From: Candidatus Roizmanbacteria bacterium
GTDB lineage: Bacteria; Patescibacteriota; Microgenomatia; UBA1406; GWC2-37-13
DNA length: 37,553 bases
Assembly: GCA_026395475.1 (NCBI GenBank)
Contig: JAPLYQ010000031.1
Coordinates: 1 to 37,553, forward strand
Direction of reading: 5' to 3'
Part shown: positions 1-9,139 of the stretch, one piece after another
Numbering within the stretch: position 1 is the stretch's first letter
How the letters are laid out: each line of letters begins with the position of its first letter
The notes under the pieces: model-generated
What the model saw: the letters and a program-made list of their open reading frames with translations, nothing else
Database searches by the model: none
What the model was told of the DNA's origin: nothing
Translations under genes and position numbers: made by a program

Positions 1-197
1 ATAATCACGATATAAAAATAAATGATAATAATGAATATAAATTGATAACCGTCTCTATCCCAAAAGGAAGGAATATATTGTCTTTCTCTTTTGAAAATAC
101 ATTAGTACGGACTGTCGGAAGTATAATAAGCTTTTTTTCGTTGCTCATTTTGGTTTTATGTTCTTATTGGATTCATAAAAAGCGTAGAGAAGCTTAA
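1..197 (+). CDS. 3' end of an upstream gene that runs off the left edge. It encodes the C-terminal tail plus TM anchor of a large membrane protein, probably a paralog of the next gene.
   Basis: Frame 3 is open from nt 3 to the TAA at 195-197 (...ITVSIPKGRNILSFSFENTLVRTVGSIISFFSLLILVLCSYWIHKKRREA*). A tail, a hydrophobic helix and a basic end mirror the C-terminus of the 461-1828 ORF (...VVRYNETPTEKSANAITIVTFGALFVVCLNKKLWKK). It is absent from the ORF track because no start lies in the window. Confidence 0.55.
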   Translation, partial: NHDIKINDNNEYKLITVSIPKGRNILSFSFENTLVRTVGSIISFFSLLILVLCSYWIHKKRREA

Positions 198-212
198 TTT
201 AGAACCTCAATT

Positions 213-650
213 ATGTATAATGGAAGAGTGAAAAAAATCATTGTGGTTTGTATTGCTTTCATAGCTATTTTTTTCTTTTTAGGAAGAGAATTGAACCCAT
301 TGAACCCTGATATGTTCTTGGTCCATGATAATACCCAGGCTGCACGTATACAGGAGTTCTCACTCAACCTAAAAAGCGGTATTATTCCTCCTCGTCTTGC
401 TCCAAATTTTTCATTCCAACATGGATTTCCTGTTTTCAATTTTTATGCACCTTTTTCTTATTGGATAGGAGCATTTATTCACCTTGCTGGTGTCCCATCC
501 GCAACGGTGCTCAAGACCATGTTTTTCTTGGGCCTTTTTTTAGCATTCATTTCTTTTTTCCTATATGGACAGCTGTTGAAATATTTGTCCGAGGCAATGT
601 GGGAGAGATATGGTTTATCGCACTATTTCCCCTTGGTTTATATTTACTAA
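213..650 (+). CDS. N-terminal fragment of a YfhO/COG5617-like (GT-C-like) polytopic membrane protein. It is frame-shifted relative to 461-1828.
   Basis: After TM1 comes HDNTQAARIQEFSLNLKSGIIPPRLAPNFSFQHGFPVFNFYAPFSYWIGAF, the N-terminal loop pattern I associate with this membrane-protein family. The last ~25 codons (LYGQLLKYLSEAMWERYGLSHYFPLVYIY*) look non-native. Confidence 0.6.
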   Translation: MYNGRVKKIIVVCIAFIAIFFFLGRELNPLNPDMFLVHDNTQAARIQEFSLNLKSGIIPPRLAPNFSFQHGFPVFNFYAPFSYWIGAFIHLAGVPSATVLKTMFFLGLFLAFISFFLYGQLLKYLSEAMWERYGLSHYFPLVYIY

Positions 651-1828
651 TGAAAAATGATGAGGAAAAAAATGGGTTATCCTTTATAGCAACAAGTATC
701 TGTCTTTCATTTATATTTTCAGTTCATAATGTGTTATCGCTTGTCTCTGTTGTTTTCATCATTCTCTTTTCATTATTATTGAAGCATAAAAAAAAAGCAC
801 TTCTCTCAGTTTTGATCGGACTTCTTTTGGCCTCTTACTTCCTAATCCCTGCAATCATGGAAAACGGGCTTACCTATGCAAATGAAATCGCTTCAAAAAC
901 GAAATATGGTGACCATTTCCTCTGTGTATGGCAATTGTGGAAAGCTAATAAATGGAGCTTTGGAGGCAGTGGTATTGGATGCGTTAACGATGATATGTCT
1001 TTTCAAATAGGAAAAGTGCAATTGATCCTTTCTGGAATTGGCCTTATTGCATTTCTCGTACTGTTCAAGAAACAAAATCAGAAAATAATGTTAGCAATGC
1101 CATTGTTTATATTTGGGTGGACACTTCTTAGCGCATTTCTCACCACCTATCTCTCTAAGCCTATTTGGGACCTGATGTCACCTATAATGGCTGTTTTTCA
1201 ATATCCATGGCGCTTCCTCACTTTTGTCGTCTTTGGTACAGCTTTTTTTGCATCATATTTAGTTAATGTTACAAATAATAAAAAGGCTCAAATTATCATT
1301 GCTGTCGTTTTGTCCACTGGAGTACTTTTTATTTCAAGTAAATTTTTTTCTCGCCCATGGAAATATCCTTTAGATGAATATACAAGTAGTTATTTGACAG
1401 AAAAATATATTGGTCAAAAAGCAGCATATGAAATTCCGGAATATTTTCCTCGTTCCGGAGATTATAGAACATGGAGACTCTATGATACGTCAGCAACTGG
1501 ATTCTATGTAAATCCATTGATATATAAAATTAATAAACCATTTTACAAGGAGATTAATATTAACCAAGATCAGATTACGTTGCCTATCCACTATTTTCCG
1601 TTTTGGGAGATCATGATTGATGGAAAAATATTTGTTCCTCACTCTTTCGACAAGTTGGGAAGACCTATTCTATCCAATCTTTCTACTCATTCAGCAATAG
1701 TGGTGAGGTATAATGAGACACCTACTGAGAAGAGCGCAAATGCTATAACAATAGTTACATTTGGAGCACTTTTCGTTGTTTGCTTAAATAAAAAATTATG
1801 GAAAAAGATAAACTCTATTCTGAAATAA
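461..1828 (+). CDS. C-terminal major part of the same YfhO/COG5617-like membrane protein. The true start is uncertain: the ATG at 650 overlaps the upstream stop as TAATG.
   Basis: It is a multi-TM protein. Family-like sequence in this frame already begins at about nt 560 (PIWTAVEIFVRGNVGEIWFIALFPLGLYLL), upstream of any plausible start. This implies a 1-nt frame change near the T6 run at 554-559. Confidence 0.6.
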   Translation: MDRSIYSPCWCPIRNGAQDHVFLGPFFSIHFFFPIWTAVEIFVRGNVGEIWFIALFPLGLYLLMKNDEEKNGLSFIATSICLSFIFSVHNVLSLVSVVFIILFSLLLKHKKKALLSVLIGLLLASYFLIPAIMENGLTYANEIASKTKYGDHFLCVWQLWKANKWSFGGSGIGCVNDDMSFQIGKVQLILSGIGLIAFLVLFKKQNQKIMLAMPLFIFGWTLLSAFLTTYLSKPIWDLMSPIMAVFQYPWRFLTFVVFGTAFFASYLVNVTNNKKAQIIIAVVLSTGVLFISSKFFSRPWKYPLDEYTSSYLTEKYIGQKAAYEIPEYFPRSGDYRTWRLYDTSATGFYVNPLIYKINKPFYKEININQDQITLPIHYFPFWEIMIDGKIFVPHSFDKLGRPILSNLSTHSAIVVRYNETPTEKSANAITIVTFGALFVVCLNKKLWKKINSILK

Positions 1829-3243
1829 AACACAATAGTATTGTGAGCACATTGAGCCTTTTTTTTCAAAGTGGCTATTCTGCCATGTTAGGGCTTGTGG
1901 CAAATTTAGTAGTGACGATCCTACTATCTCCTGCGATATTTGGGATGTACATCACTGTAATGTCACTTATCTCCGTATTAAATTATTTTTCTGATATTGG
2001 CTTAGCCGCATCTTTAGTCCAAAAAAAAGAAGCTTCTCAGAATGACTTCTCCACCACTTTTACTGTCCAACAAGCACTTGTTGTCTTTATTGTTTTTATC
2101 GGATTTTTAGGAACAGAATTTGTAAGATCTTTTTATAAACTACCACCAGAAGCCATATATCTTTACTGGGCTCTTCTCGTAAGCTTTTTCACTTCATCCC
2201 TCAAAACAATTCCTTCCATTTTGCTTGAACGTAAAATCGCCTTTCAGAAAATTGTTCTTGTCCAGATAATTGAAAGCACTGTTTTTTATATATCGATAAT
2301 TTCATTGGCAATTTTAAAATTTGGATTAACTAGTTTTACAATCGCAGTCCTTTTGAGATCTATCACGGGGTTGATACTCATCTACATTATTTCTCCATGG
2401 AAGCCAAAATTTGGGGTATCAAAACCAAGTTTGAAAGAGCTACTATCCTTTGGGGTTCCTTTTCAAGCGAGCTCCTTCTTAGCGTTATTTAAGGATGATC
2501 TGATTACTTTATTTTTGGGAAAAGTGGTTGGATTTGAAGCGGTAGGATATATTGGATGGGCCAAAAAATGGGCCGAAGCGCCTATCAGGATTATCATGGA
2601 TAACATCACGAAGGTTTTATTCCCAGTTCTCTCTCGACTTCAAAATGACAAAGAAAAAGTGAAACAGTTGATAGAAAAAATCATGTTTTATCAAACAGCG
2701 CTACTCACTCCATCAATTCTAGGACTTGGAATCTTGATGGATGATGTAATTCATGTTATTCCAAAGTATTCAAAATGGGTACCCGCCCTTCCTCTTCTTT
2801 ATATTTTTTGTATATCTGCTTTTTTTGCATCATTTTCATCCCCTCTTATCAATTTAATTAACTCTCTTGGGAAAGCAAAGATATCATTTATATTTATGTT
2901 CATCTGGACAATTATTACGTGGATATTAACTCCTCTGCTCACGCATTATTATGGATATTATGGATTCCCACTTACTGTAATGATCGTGTCACTTTCATCA
3001 ATATTTGTAGTTAAAAAAGCCCAAGAATTTGTGCCATTTCATATCTTTGCATCGATCTATAAGCCATTCTTTTCCTCCCTTGCAATGGCGGTTGTCATGA
3101 TACTTGTAAAGCAGCTGTTTCCACATACCCTTTATGGCATTGTGCTTACCGGATTATCAGGAAGTGTCACATACTTGCTTGTGCTTATGTATATATTTAA
3201 AATAAACATTATGAACGAATTAGTATTATTATTTAAAAAATAA
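1798..3243 (+). CDS. Wzx/RfbX-type polysaccharide or oligosaccharide flippase (MOP superfamily)
   Basis: 481 aa with about 12-14 TM segments. The N-terminus SIVSTLSLFFQSGYSAMLGLVANLVVTILLSPAIFGMYITVMSLISVLNYFSDIGLAASLVQKKE and the central LLERKIAFQKIVLVQIIES are typical of 'polysaccharide biosynthesis protein' flippases. Confidence 0.8.
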   Translation: MEKDKLYSEIKHNSIVSTLSLFFQSGYSAMLGLVANLVVTILLSPAIFGMYITVMSLISVLNYFSDIGLAASLVQKKEASQNDFSTTFTVQQALVVFIVFIGFLGTEFVRSFYKLPPEAIYLYWALLVSFFTSSLKTIPSILLERKIAFQKIVLVQIIESTVFYISIISLAILKFGLTSFTIAVLLRSITGLILIYIISPWKPKFGVSKPSLKELLSFGVPFQASSFLALFKDDLITLFLGKVVGFEAVGYIGWAKKWAEAPIRIIMDNITKVLFPVLSRLQNDKEKVKQLIEKIMFYQTALLTPSILGLGILMDDVIHVIPKYSKWVPALPLLYIFCISAFFASFSSPLINLINSLGKAKISFIFMFIWTIITWILTPLLTHYYGYYGFPLTVMIVSLSSIFVVKKAQEFVPFHIFASIYKPFFSSLAMAVVMILVKQLFPHTLYGIVLTGLSGSVTYLLVLMYIFKINIMNELVLLFKK

Positions 3244-3244
3244 T

Positions 3245-3388
3245 ATGAAAATCACAGGAATCACAATAATCAAAGGACGACCAGACCACGTATATGCGTG
3301 TTTAACATCTCTTGAGAAGCTTGCGGATGAGGTCATGGTTGTCGATATTGGAATGGAAGCTTCGCTCAAAGAAGAAGTAAAAAAATGA
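3245..3388 (+). CDS. N-terminal 47-codon fragment of an LgtF/WaaE-like GT2 glycosyltransferase, split from 3385-4128
   Basis: ATG at 3245 gives MKITGITIIKGRPDHVYACLTSLEKLADEVMVVDIGMEASLKEEVKK*. This aligns position for position with the N-terminus of the intact paralog at 14171 (MNNISVLIQTHNEDRHIRECITSAKFLSQEVVVVDMESTDRTEEIAKE). It stops at the TGA right after the A7 run at 3379-3385. Confidence 0.6.
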   Translation: MKITGITIIKGRPDHVYACLTSLEKLADEVMVVDIGMEASLKEEVKK

Positions 3389-4128
3389 AAAAGGTAACTG
3401 TAATTGAAGAAGAACATGTAGAGTATGTAGAACTTATACGAGAAAGAGTAAAAAATAAAGCAAAACATGAATATGTGTTCTTTTTAGATGCTGATGAAGA
3501 ATTGTCATCTTCTCTTATCGATGAATTAAAAAATATATATAAAAAATACGATGTAATAAAAATTCCACGAAAGAACATGGTTTTTGGGTCCTGGGTGCAA
3601 CATAGTAGATGGTGGCCAGATTATCAAATACGATTATTTAAAAAAACCGCTCTTGTTTGGCCAACAAAAATACACCAACAACCAGAAATAAACGGTGAAG
3701 TCTATGAACTTCCACCTGAAGAAAAAAATGCGATACTTCATCACAATTATGACTCAATTGATGACTTTATTATAAGAATGATGCGTTATGCCAAAATAGA
3801 AGCGCTTGAAAAAATTGAATCCAAAAAAGAGTTTCATTTGAGAGAAGCAACAGGAAATGCTGTGTCAGAATTTGTCAGTAGATATTTTGCCGGTGAGGGT
3901 TATAAAGATGGCATGCTTGGCTTTACTTTGGGAATACTCCAACTCTTTTATTCATTTCTCGTCTACTTCTACTATTGGGAAAAGAGGCGATATAGTGCTG
4001 ATATTGAAGACCCAGCAGCAAATATGAAACGATTCTTCGCTCAGGGTCTTGCAGAAACAATCTATTGGGGACCTAAGCGTGTTACTGATAAAATACTGGG
4101 CGCAATGATTAGAAGAATGATGAAGTAA
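3385..4128 (+). CDS. Main part of the LgtF/WaaE-like family 2 glycosyltransferase, lacking its first ~47 residues in this frame
   Basis: It has FFLDADEE (DxD), PRKNMVFGSWVQHSRWWPDYQIRLFKK and ILHHNY. It is a paralog of 14171-14944 (FILDADER, PRKNMFGGVKWLRRGGWWPDEQMRLIKL, FLHYFH). Confidence 0.8.
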   Translation: MKKVTVIEEEHVEYVELIRERVKNKAKHEYVFFLDADEELSSSLIDELKNIYKKYDVIKIPRKNMVFGSWVQHSRWWPDYQIRLFKKTALVWPTKIHQQPEINGEVYELPPEEKNAILHHNYDSIDDFIIRMMRYAKIEALEKIESKKEFHLREATGNAVSEFVSRYFAGEGYKDGMLGFTLGILQLFYSFLVYFYYWEKRRYSADIEDPAANMKRFFAQGLAETIYWGPKRVTDKILGAMIRRMMK

Positions 4129-4135
4129 AACTACT

Positions 4136-5845
4136 ATGAAAAAAGCGAAATTGAGTGCTTTGATATTTATCCTATTCGTCTTCATAACTGTATTCGCATT
4201 TGTTATTCGAATATATAAGGTGGATCGTGCACCCTCAGGATTGCTCGTTGATGAAGCAAGTTTTGGATATAATGCCTACTCAATCCTTAAAACAGGTAAA
4301 GACGAACATGGCGTTTTGTTTCCATTAATTTTTAAGGCATTCGGGGATCAGAAGTTACCAGCCTATGCATACTCAGTTGTTCCCTTCATTAAGGTATTTG
4401 GCCTAAACAATCTCGCAGTACGTCTGCCTTCTGTCTTGGCAGGCACTTTACTTTCAGGAGTAGTTTTTCTCTTACTGATTGAGGTTGGTTTTACACTTCC
4501 CGTAAGCTTTATTGGAGGACTTATAACTGCTACCTCACCGTGGTCAGTAATTTTAAGCAGGTTTGGTTTCGAATCAAACTTTGGTCTCCTTTTTTTTATG
4601 CTTGGTTTTTTATTCACCTATAAATCGTATAAAAATAAAAGTATTTTATCTGCAATATTTTCTGGAATATTTTTTGGCATCACTTTATATAGTTATATAG
4701 CATTTAAACTTATTACTCCCGTTCTTCTAGTTGGCGTTATCACATTACAACACTTTATAGAAAAACAGAATAAGAAGGTGAGTGTTTTTATCTTTATTGC
4801 TTTTTTACTGTCGATCCTCCCCATCCTCATAACCGCCTTTTCATCGCAGTCAACTGCACGGTTTACTCAGGTCGGCTTAAACTATAACACGGGGTTAAAG
4901 ATGGAGATTAATGAAGATCGCGCATTTTGTGGTATTAAGTTACCTGGGTTACTGTGTTATGCAACAGCGAATAAGCCGCTTTTCTATCTAAGAACGTACT
5001 TGTATCGATATATCACGGCTTTATCCCCTTCCTATCTTTTTCTTGAAGGTGACACTGAATATAAATATCTAAACGTTGACAATTTTGGATCGTATTATGT
5101 ATGGCTACTACCTTTTTACTTACTGGGATTTTTTTACTTATGGAAGAAGGCGAGTTCTCGACTACTTGCTAGATTTGAAATAATTCTTCTGCTTGGTCTT
5201 TTAATTTGTCCTCTTCCAACGCTTCTAGTCAGTGGACCACAAAAAGTACGTATCTCTGCTTTTTTTCCTTTCATCCTCTTCGTAATACTTTATGGAGTTG
5301 CTCAGATTGAAACAATTTTGAAAAAATCATGGCATAAATATGTTTTTTTTGGCACCATTATACTTTTATCTTTTCTCTCCATCGGTTATTTTATGATTCA
5401 TTTTTTAACAATCCATATTCAAAAAAATGAACTATCTTATGGAACTTATATTCCCAAACTTATGAAATATCTCGGTCAACAAGATAAAAATGTACAAATC
5501 TATATTAGATCACTTCCAGAAGCTGTCACATATTTTGCTTATGAGAATACAGTAGATCCAAAATCATATCAGGAAAATGTAATATTTAAGCAACCTGATG
5601 CAATTGGATTTGCCCATGCAAAAGATCTCATGAATATTCATATAATTGAACAAGATATGTTTGGAATTGCTTGTAAAGCAAGAAGTCAGAAAGAAGAAGC
5701 TTTGTTTGTTTCAAGCGATAATGATCTTTCAGTACCAATTAAATCAAAAACAGTCTTTAACTCCGAAAATGGAGTAAACGCAGCCGCAGTTGTATATGAT
5801 TTAAAAAATATTATTTTCGATTATGCTCGCTGCCCTCAAAAATAA
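4136..5845 (+). CDS. GT39/PMT-ArnT-like polytopic glycosyltransferase (GT-C)
   Basis: 569 aa, multi-TM. The loop after TM1 reads VDEASFGYNAYSILKTGKDEHGVLFPLIFKAFGDQKLPAYAYSVVPF. It is a clear paralog of 16873-18486. Confidence 0.75.
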   Translation: MKKAKLSALIFILFVFITVFAFVIRIYKVDRAPSGLLVDEASFGYNAYSILKTGKDEHGVLFPLIFKAFGDQKLPAYAYSVVPFIKVFGLNNLAVRLPSVLAGTLLSGVVFLLLIEVGFTLPVSFIGGLITATSPWSVILSRFGFESNFGLLFFMLGFLFTYKSYKNKSILSAIFSGIFFGITLYSYIAFKLITPVLLVGVITLQHFIEKQNKKVSVFIFIAFLLSILPILITAFSSQSTARFTQVGLNYNTGLKMEINEDRAFCGIKLPGLLCYATANKPLFYLRTYLYRYITALSPSYLFLEGDTEYKYLNVDNFGSYYVWLLPFYLLGFFYLWKKASSRLLARFEIILLLGLLICPLPTLLVSGPQKVRISAFFPFILFVILYGVAQIETILKKSWHKYVFFGTIILLSFLSIGYFMIHFLTIHIQKNELSYGTYIPKLMKYLGQQDKNVQIYIRSLPEAVTYFAYENTVDPKSYQENVIFKQPDAIGFAHAKDLMNIHIIEQDMFGIACKARSQKEEALFVSSDNDLSVPIKSKTVFNSENGVNAAAVVYDLKNIIFDYARCPQK

Positions 5846-7481
5846 TAGATTGGAGAAAATAATATTTATTCTTTTTCTTTTATCTTTAGGTGTCAGATTT
5901 TACTTTCTTTTCTTTGGATTTGGGTCAATTACCAATGATGAAGCAGACTATTACCTCACAAGTTACCTATTTGCAAAAACGGGAACTGACCAATTTGGTC
6001 ATACTCTTTTTTTTAGCTCAGGCTTTTTAAATGCAATATCAAGTGTACCTGTGTATATCGGCGCACTTTTTTTCAAAATACTTCCTATCAAAAGTATTCT
6101 TCTTGCACGTCTACCTTTTGCACTCCTTAATTCATTAACTCCAGTATTATTCTTTACTTGCATATATTTTTTTTCCAATAGTATCCTCTACTCACTTATA
6201 GGTTTTGGGATTTTTAATTTTTCTCCTTGGTTTTCGCATCTTTCAGCAACTGCGGCATTTGATTCTCCTCTCTCATTACTCTTCTTCTTGGGAGCAGTAA
6301 ACAGTTTTTGTTACATAAAAAAGCCAATTTGGCTTAAATATGGTTTATTTATTTTCTTCAACTTCCTTGCGTTCAATTCTTATATGGGGTTCAAGACTAT
6401 CTTTCCTTTCTTATCACTCCTTTTCTTACTTTTGTATTTTTATTCACAAAAAAATAAGCTTTCTTTGAAGCAAATTGGCTTTTGGGTTATTTTCTCAGTC
6501 TTCATTTTTGTATCTTTTTTTACAATATCACTCAAAGGGCCAGGAGGCAACCTTTTCTCAAGTCGCGCTACAAAAACAATTGTTTTTCTCAACAAGAATT
6601 TAATCGAGAATGAGGTATGGTATGCAAATTTAACAACAAATAATAAAGTCGTCAGAAAACTATTTAATAACAAAGCTATTGCTCCTCTGCAATTATTCAT
6701 GTCAAAATACGCTAATGTATTTAACCCTGCAATATATTTTTTTGCAGAACCGCACATTATATATGGCTTACGCATAATGGGCCTTTTCTTTGTGACAGAT
6801 ATCTTTTTCTTTGCAATTGGATTGTTTTTTGGATTCCAGACTTTAACGTATAAAATGAAAGCTCTGATTCTCGGATTGTTATGTATAGCACCAATTCCTG
6901 CTGCCCTTCAGATAGAAGGTCTTACAGTGGCATTGAGAGGAATATTCTTGCTCCCTGCAATTTCACTTGTCATTGCGTGTGGATATCACTTTCTTATTAT
7001 AAGAATAAAAAATAAATTATTTTATATTGCTCTTATACTTTTATTTGTATTTAACATATGCAGCTTTTTTGCGCTCTATCAAAGTCGTATTAAAACAATA
7101 AGCGCTGAGTCATGGGGAGGAAGTCAAAAAATGGTTATAGAAGATCTCAATCACTATAAAAATAACAAAATACATATATATACTAATGAAGGGAATAGCT
7201 TTTTAATGCTATATGGAATGTACAATGAAATAGCCAATCCACAATCGCTCAAAAGCGAGCTGATAAAGGAAAATGTTGATAAATATGTCTATGAGAACAT
7301 AACCATTCACTTTTCATGTGAGGATATACTTAAGGAAAGTAATGAAGGATACATTGTATTTGATGTAAAAAAATGTCCATCAGAATATAAAGTAAAAAAA
7401 GCCCATTTTAAGACACTCAAAGAGTACTATAGCTTAGACAAATCTGGAGATCTTCTCTATATTCTTGCAAAAAGTATTTAA
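5823..7481 (+). CDS. GT-C-like polytopic membrane glycosyltransferase (PMT/ArnT-like, divergent)
   Basis: 552 aa, multi-TM. TM1 is followed by ITNDEADYYLTSYLFAKTGTDQFGHTLFF, and there is a soluble C-terminal domain of about 130 aa. It overlaps the upstream gene by 23 nt. Confidence 0.6.
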   Translation: MLAALKNNRLEKIIFILFLLSLGVRFYFLFFGFGSITNDEADYYLTSYLFAKTGTDQFGHTLFFSSGFLNAISSVPVYIGALFFKILPIKSILLARLPFALLNSLTPVLFFTCIYFFSNSILYSLIGFGIFNFSPWFSHLSATAAFDSPLSLLFFLGAVNSFCYIKKPIWLKYGLFIFFNFLAFNSYMGFKTIFPFLSLLFLLLYFYSQKNKLSLKQIGFWVIFSVFIFVSFFTISLKGPGGNLFSSRATKTIVFLNKNLIENEVWYANLTTNNKVVRKLFNNKAIAPLQLFMSKYANVFNPAIYFFAEPHIIYGLRIMGLFFVTDIFFFAIGLFFGFQTLTYKMKALILGLLCIAPIPAALQIEGLTVALRGIFLLPAISLVIACGYHFLIIRIKNKLFYIALILLFVFNICSFFALYQSRIKTISAESWGGSQKMVIEDLNHYKNNKIHIYTNEGNSFLMLYGMYNEIANPQSLKSELIKENVDKYVYENITIHFSCEDILKESNEGYIVFDVKKCPSEYKVKKAHFKTLKEYYSLDKSGDLLYILAKSI

Positions 7482-9139
7482 TACTTAATATATCCCGTTT
7501 CTGCTAATCTTTTTAAGATTGTGTCTTTTTCTGATTTGAGCAAATAAACATCAGTTCTCATATTAAATGTTTCAGGACTTTTCAGCGCCTCAAGGCCTTT
7601 TATGTGTTCAAGGGAAATATACTTGCCTTCCATCCAATCGGTAAAGAACTTGCCAAACTCAAGCGCTGGTGTTCCAAATATCGACGCTTCATGCTTATAT
7701 ATGATCAACTTAGGAGTATGTGATTCAAATTGCTTAATAAATTCCCCGCTAAAGTATGCACTTTCTCTAAATTGAGGAAGAAGGGTTGGAAATTTACCCG
7801 GTAACTTGGCACCTTTGACAAAAAATTCTTCATTCGGCTCGTAAGGCCCAATCCAGTAATAGTCATCCTTCTGTAAGACTTCATTAATAAAGAATGCGGT
7901 TGGTGCATGGTCATAAATACTTGGCATTTTTTGTGTATAACGCAAATAAAACTTGTTGTAAGTATTTTCTATAAGAAAAATACTTGCAAACACTCCATAG
8001 AGGACAACCATTGCGACAAGGAATTTCTTGATAAATTCTAGAGGCTCAAATGTAAATTTGATATATTTGTATCTCCATAAAAGAAGAAAGAACGATATTG
8101 CACCAAGTGCAATAAAAAGTCCAGATTGATAGTCTGTCTCCCCTATTTTCATAAGGTTGCTACGAGGAGCGGAAAAAGAAAGAACGAAAAAATAAAGTAC
8201 TCCAATTAGCGGTAATTCTTTCAATAAAACGACAAGAAGTAAAAATGTTGAGAGAGCCAACACGAGATCGACTGGAAAGTAAAGATTAAACTCTTTTATG
8301 CGGACTAGGAGTTGGATATAGGTGTTAAAAAAGTTATAAATGATTGTCAGTGCAAATTTAAATGGATTAAAAAAATGCCCCATTTTATAATTTGGGATAT
8401 CTATATACAGTGTAGTGTTATATACAAAATTTGAAATATAAAACTCTTTCCATGAGTTGGAAAGAAGCAGATATAACCCATATATGAGATAAGGAACTGC
8501 ACTTATAAGACAGAAGCGAACAATTTCTCCCCATTTTGGTTTTGATTTAAATAAAAGCACAACAATCCATGTATAAAAAAGGAGTGCAATATAGATATAA
8601 GTAAGGGATGAAAATACAAAAATAAAATTTGCAAGGGAAAAGAAAATAACTGTTTTTAGCTTTGTTTCCTTTTGATAGCTTTCTGTAAAAAGCATCCAAA
8701 AAAGTGCACTAAAAAAAAGAAATGCAATTCCGTCAGCTATAAATAAATGAGTCCAATAATACATTGTGACAAAGGGATACAGAAGAAAGTAACCAGCATA
8801 AAATGGAAATAGTTCTTTGCTTTTTTTCTGGACAAATCGTCCCACCAAGAAAAGAATAAGATATTGAAGTCCTCCCCAAATGAGTCTAAATTTAACAAAT
8901 GAACCAAATGAAAAAAGAAGAATGAGGGCAGACATATACCATGCACCAGGAAGATGGTGATCAAAAAAATCTTTATAGGGAATTTTTCCTTCAAGAATAA
9001 ATTTACCACCAAGGATATTAACAAATTCATCAGGATATGCGATGTATTGAGAGTTAACTAAAAAAATGATTCCAATGAAGACTAGTAAATAGTGGATGGG
9101 CTTTATTTTTTTCACGATCTTGTTGATATAATGAAACAT
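7478..9139 (-). CDS. GT-C-like polytopic membrane protein (ArnT/PMT-like, divergent)
   Basis: 553 aa, multi-TM. TM1 is followed by YPDEFVNILGGKFILEGKIPYKDFFDHHLPGAWY, and there is a soluble C-terminal domain of about 170 aa. Confidence 0.5.
   Translation of the reverse strand: MFHYINKIVKKIKPIHYLLVFIGIIFLVNSQYIAYPDEFVNILGGKFILEGKIPYKDFFDHHLPGAWYMSALILLFSFGSFVKFRLIWGGLQYLILFLVGRFVQKKSKELFPFYAGYFLLYPFVTMYYWTHLFIADGIAFLFFSALFWMLFTESYQKETKLKTVIFFSLANFIFVFSSLTYIYIALLFYTWIVVLLFKSKPKWGEIVRFCLISAVPYLIYGLYLLLSNSWKEFYISNFVYNTTLYIDIPNYKMGHFFNPFKFALTIIYNFFNTYIQLLVRIKEFNLYFPVDLVLALSTFLLLVVLLKELPLIGVLYFFVLSFSAPRSNLMKIGETDYQSGLFIALGAISFFLLLWRYKYIKFTFEPLEFIKKFLVAMVVLYGVFASIFLIENTYNKFYLRYTQKMPSIYDHAPTAFFINEVLQKDDYYWIGPYEPNEEFFVKGAKLPGKFPTLLPQFRESAYFSGEFIKQFESHTPKLIIYKHEASIFGTPALEFGKFFTDWMEGKYISLEHIKGLEALKSPETFNMRTDVYLLKSEKDTILKRLAETGYIKY

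Noticed and set aside
5-148. 47-codon minus-strand ORF (MSNEKKLIILPTVRTNVFSK...) at the left edge
   Set aside because: It lies antisense to a better-supported plus-strand partial CDS (frame 3, stop at 195-197) whose C-terminus parallels the next gene's C-terminus. It is short and has no recognisable domain.
9092-9139. A longer GT2 N-terminus starting at 9092 or 9131
   Set aside because: The extension (MDGLYFFHDLVDIMKH) overlaps the divergent gene's 5' end, and GT2 enzymes typically begin right at the first beta-strand (KKLALITVVFKN). Not excluded.
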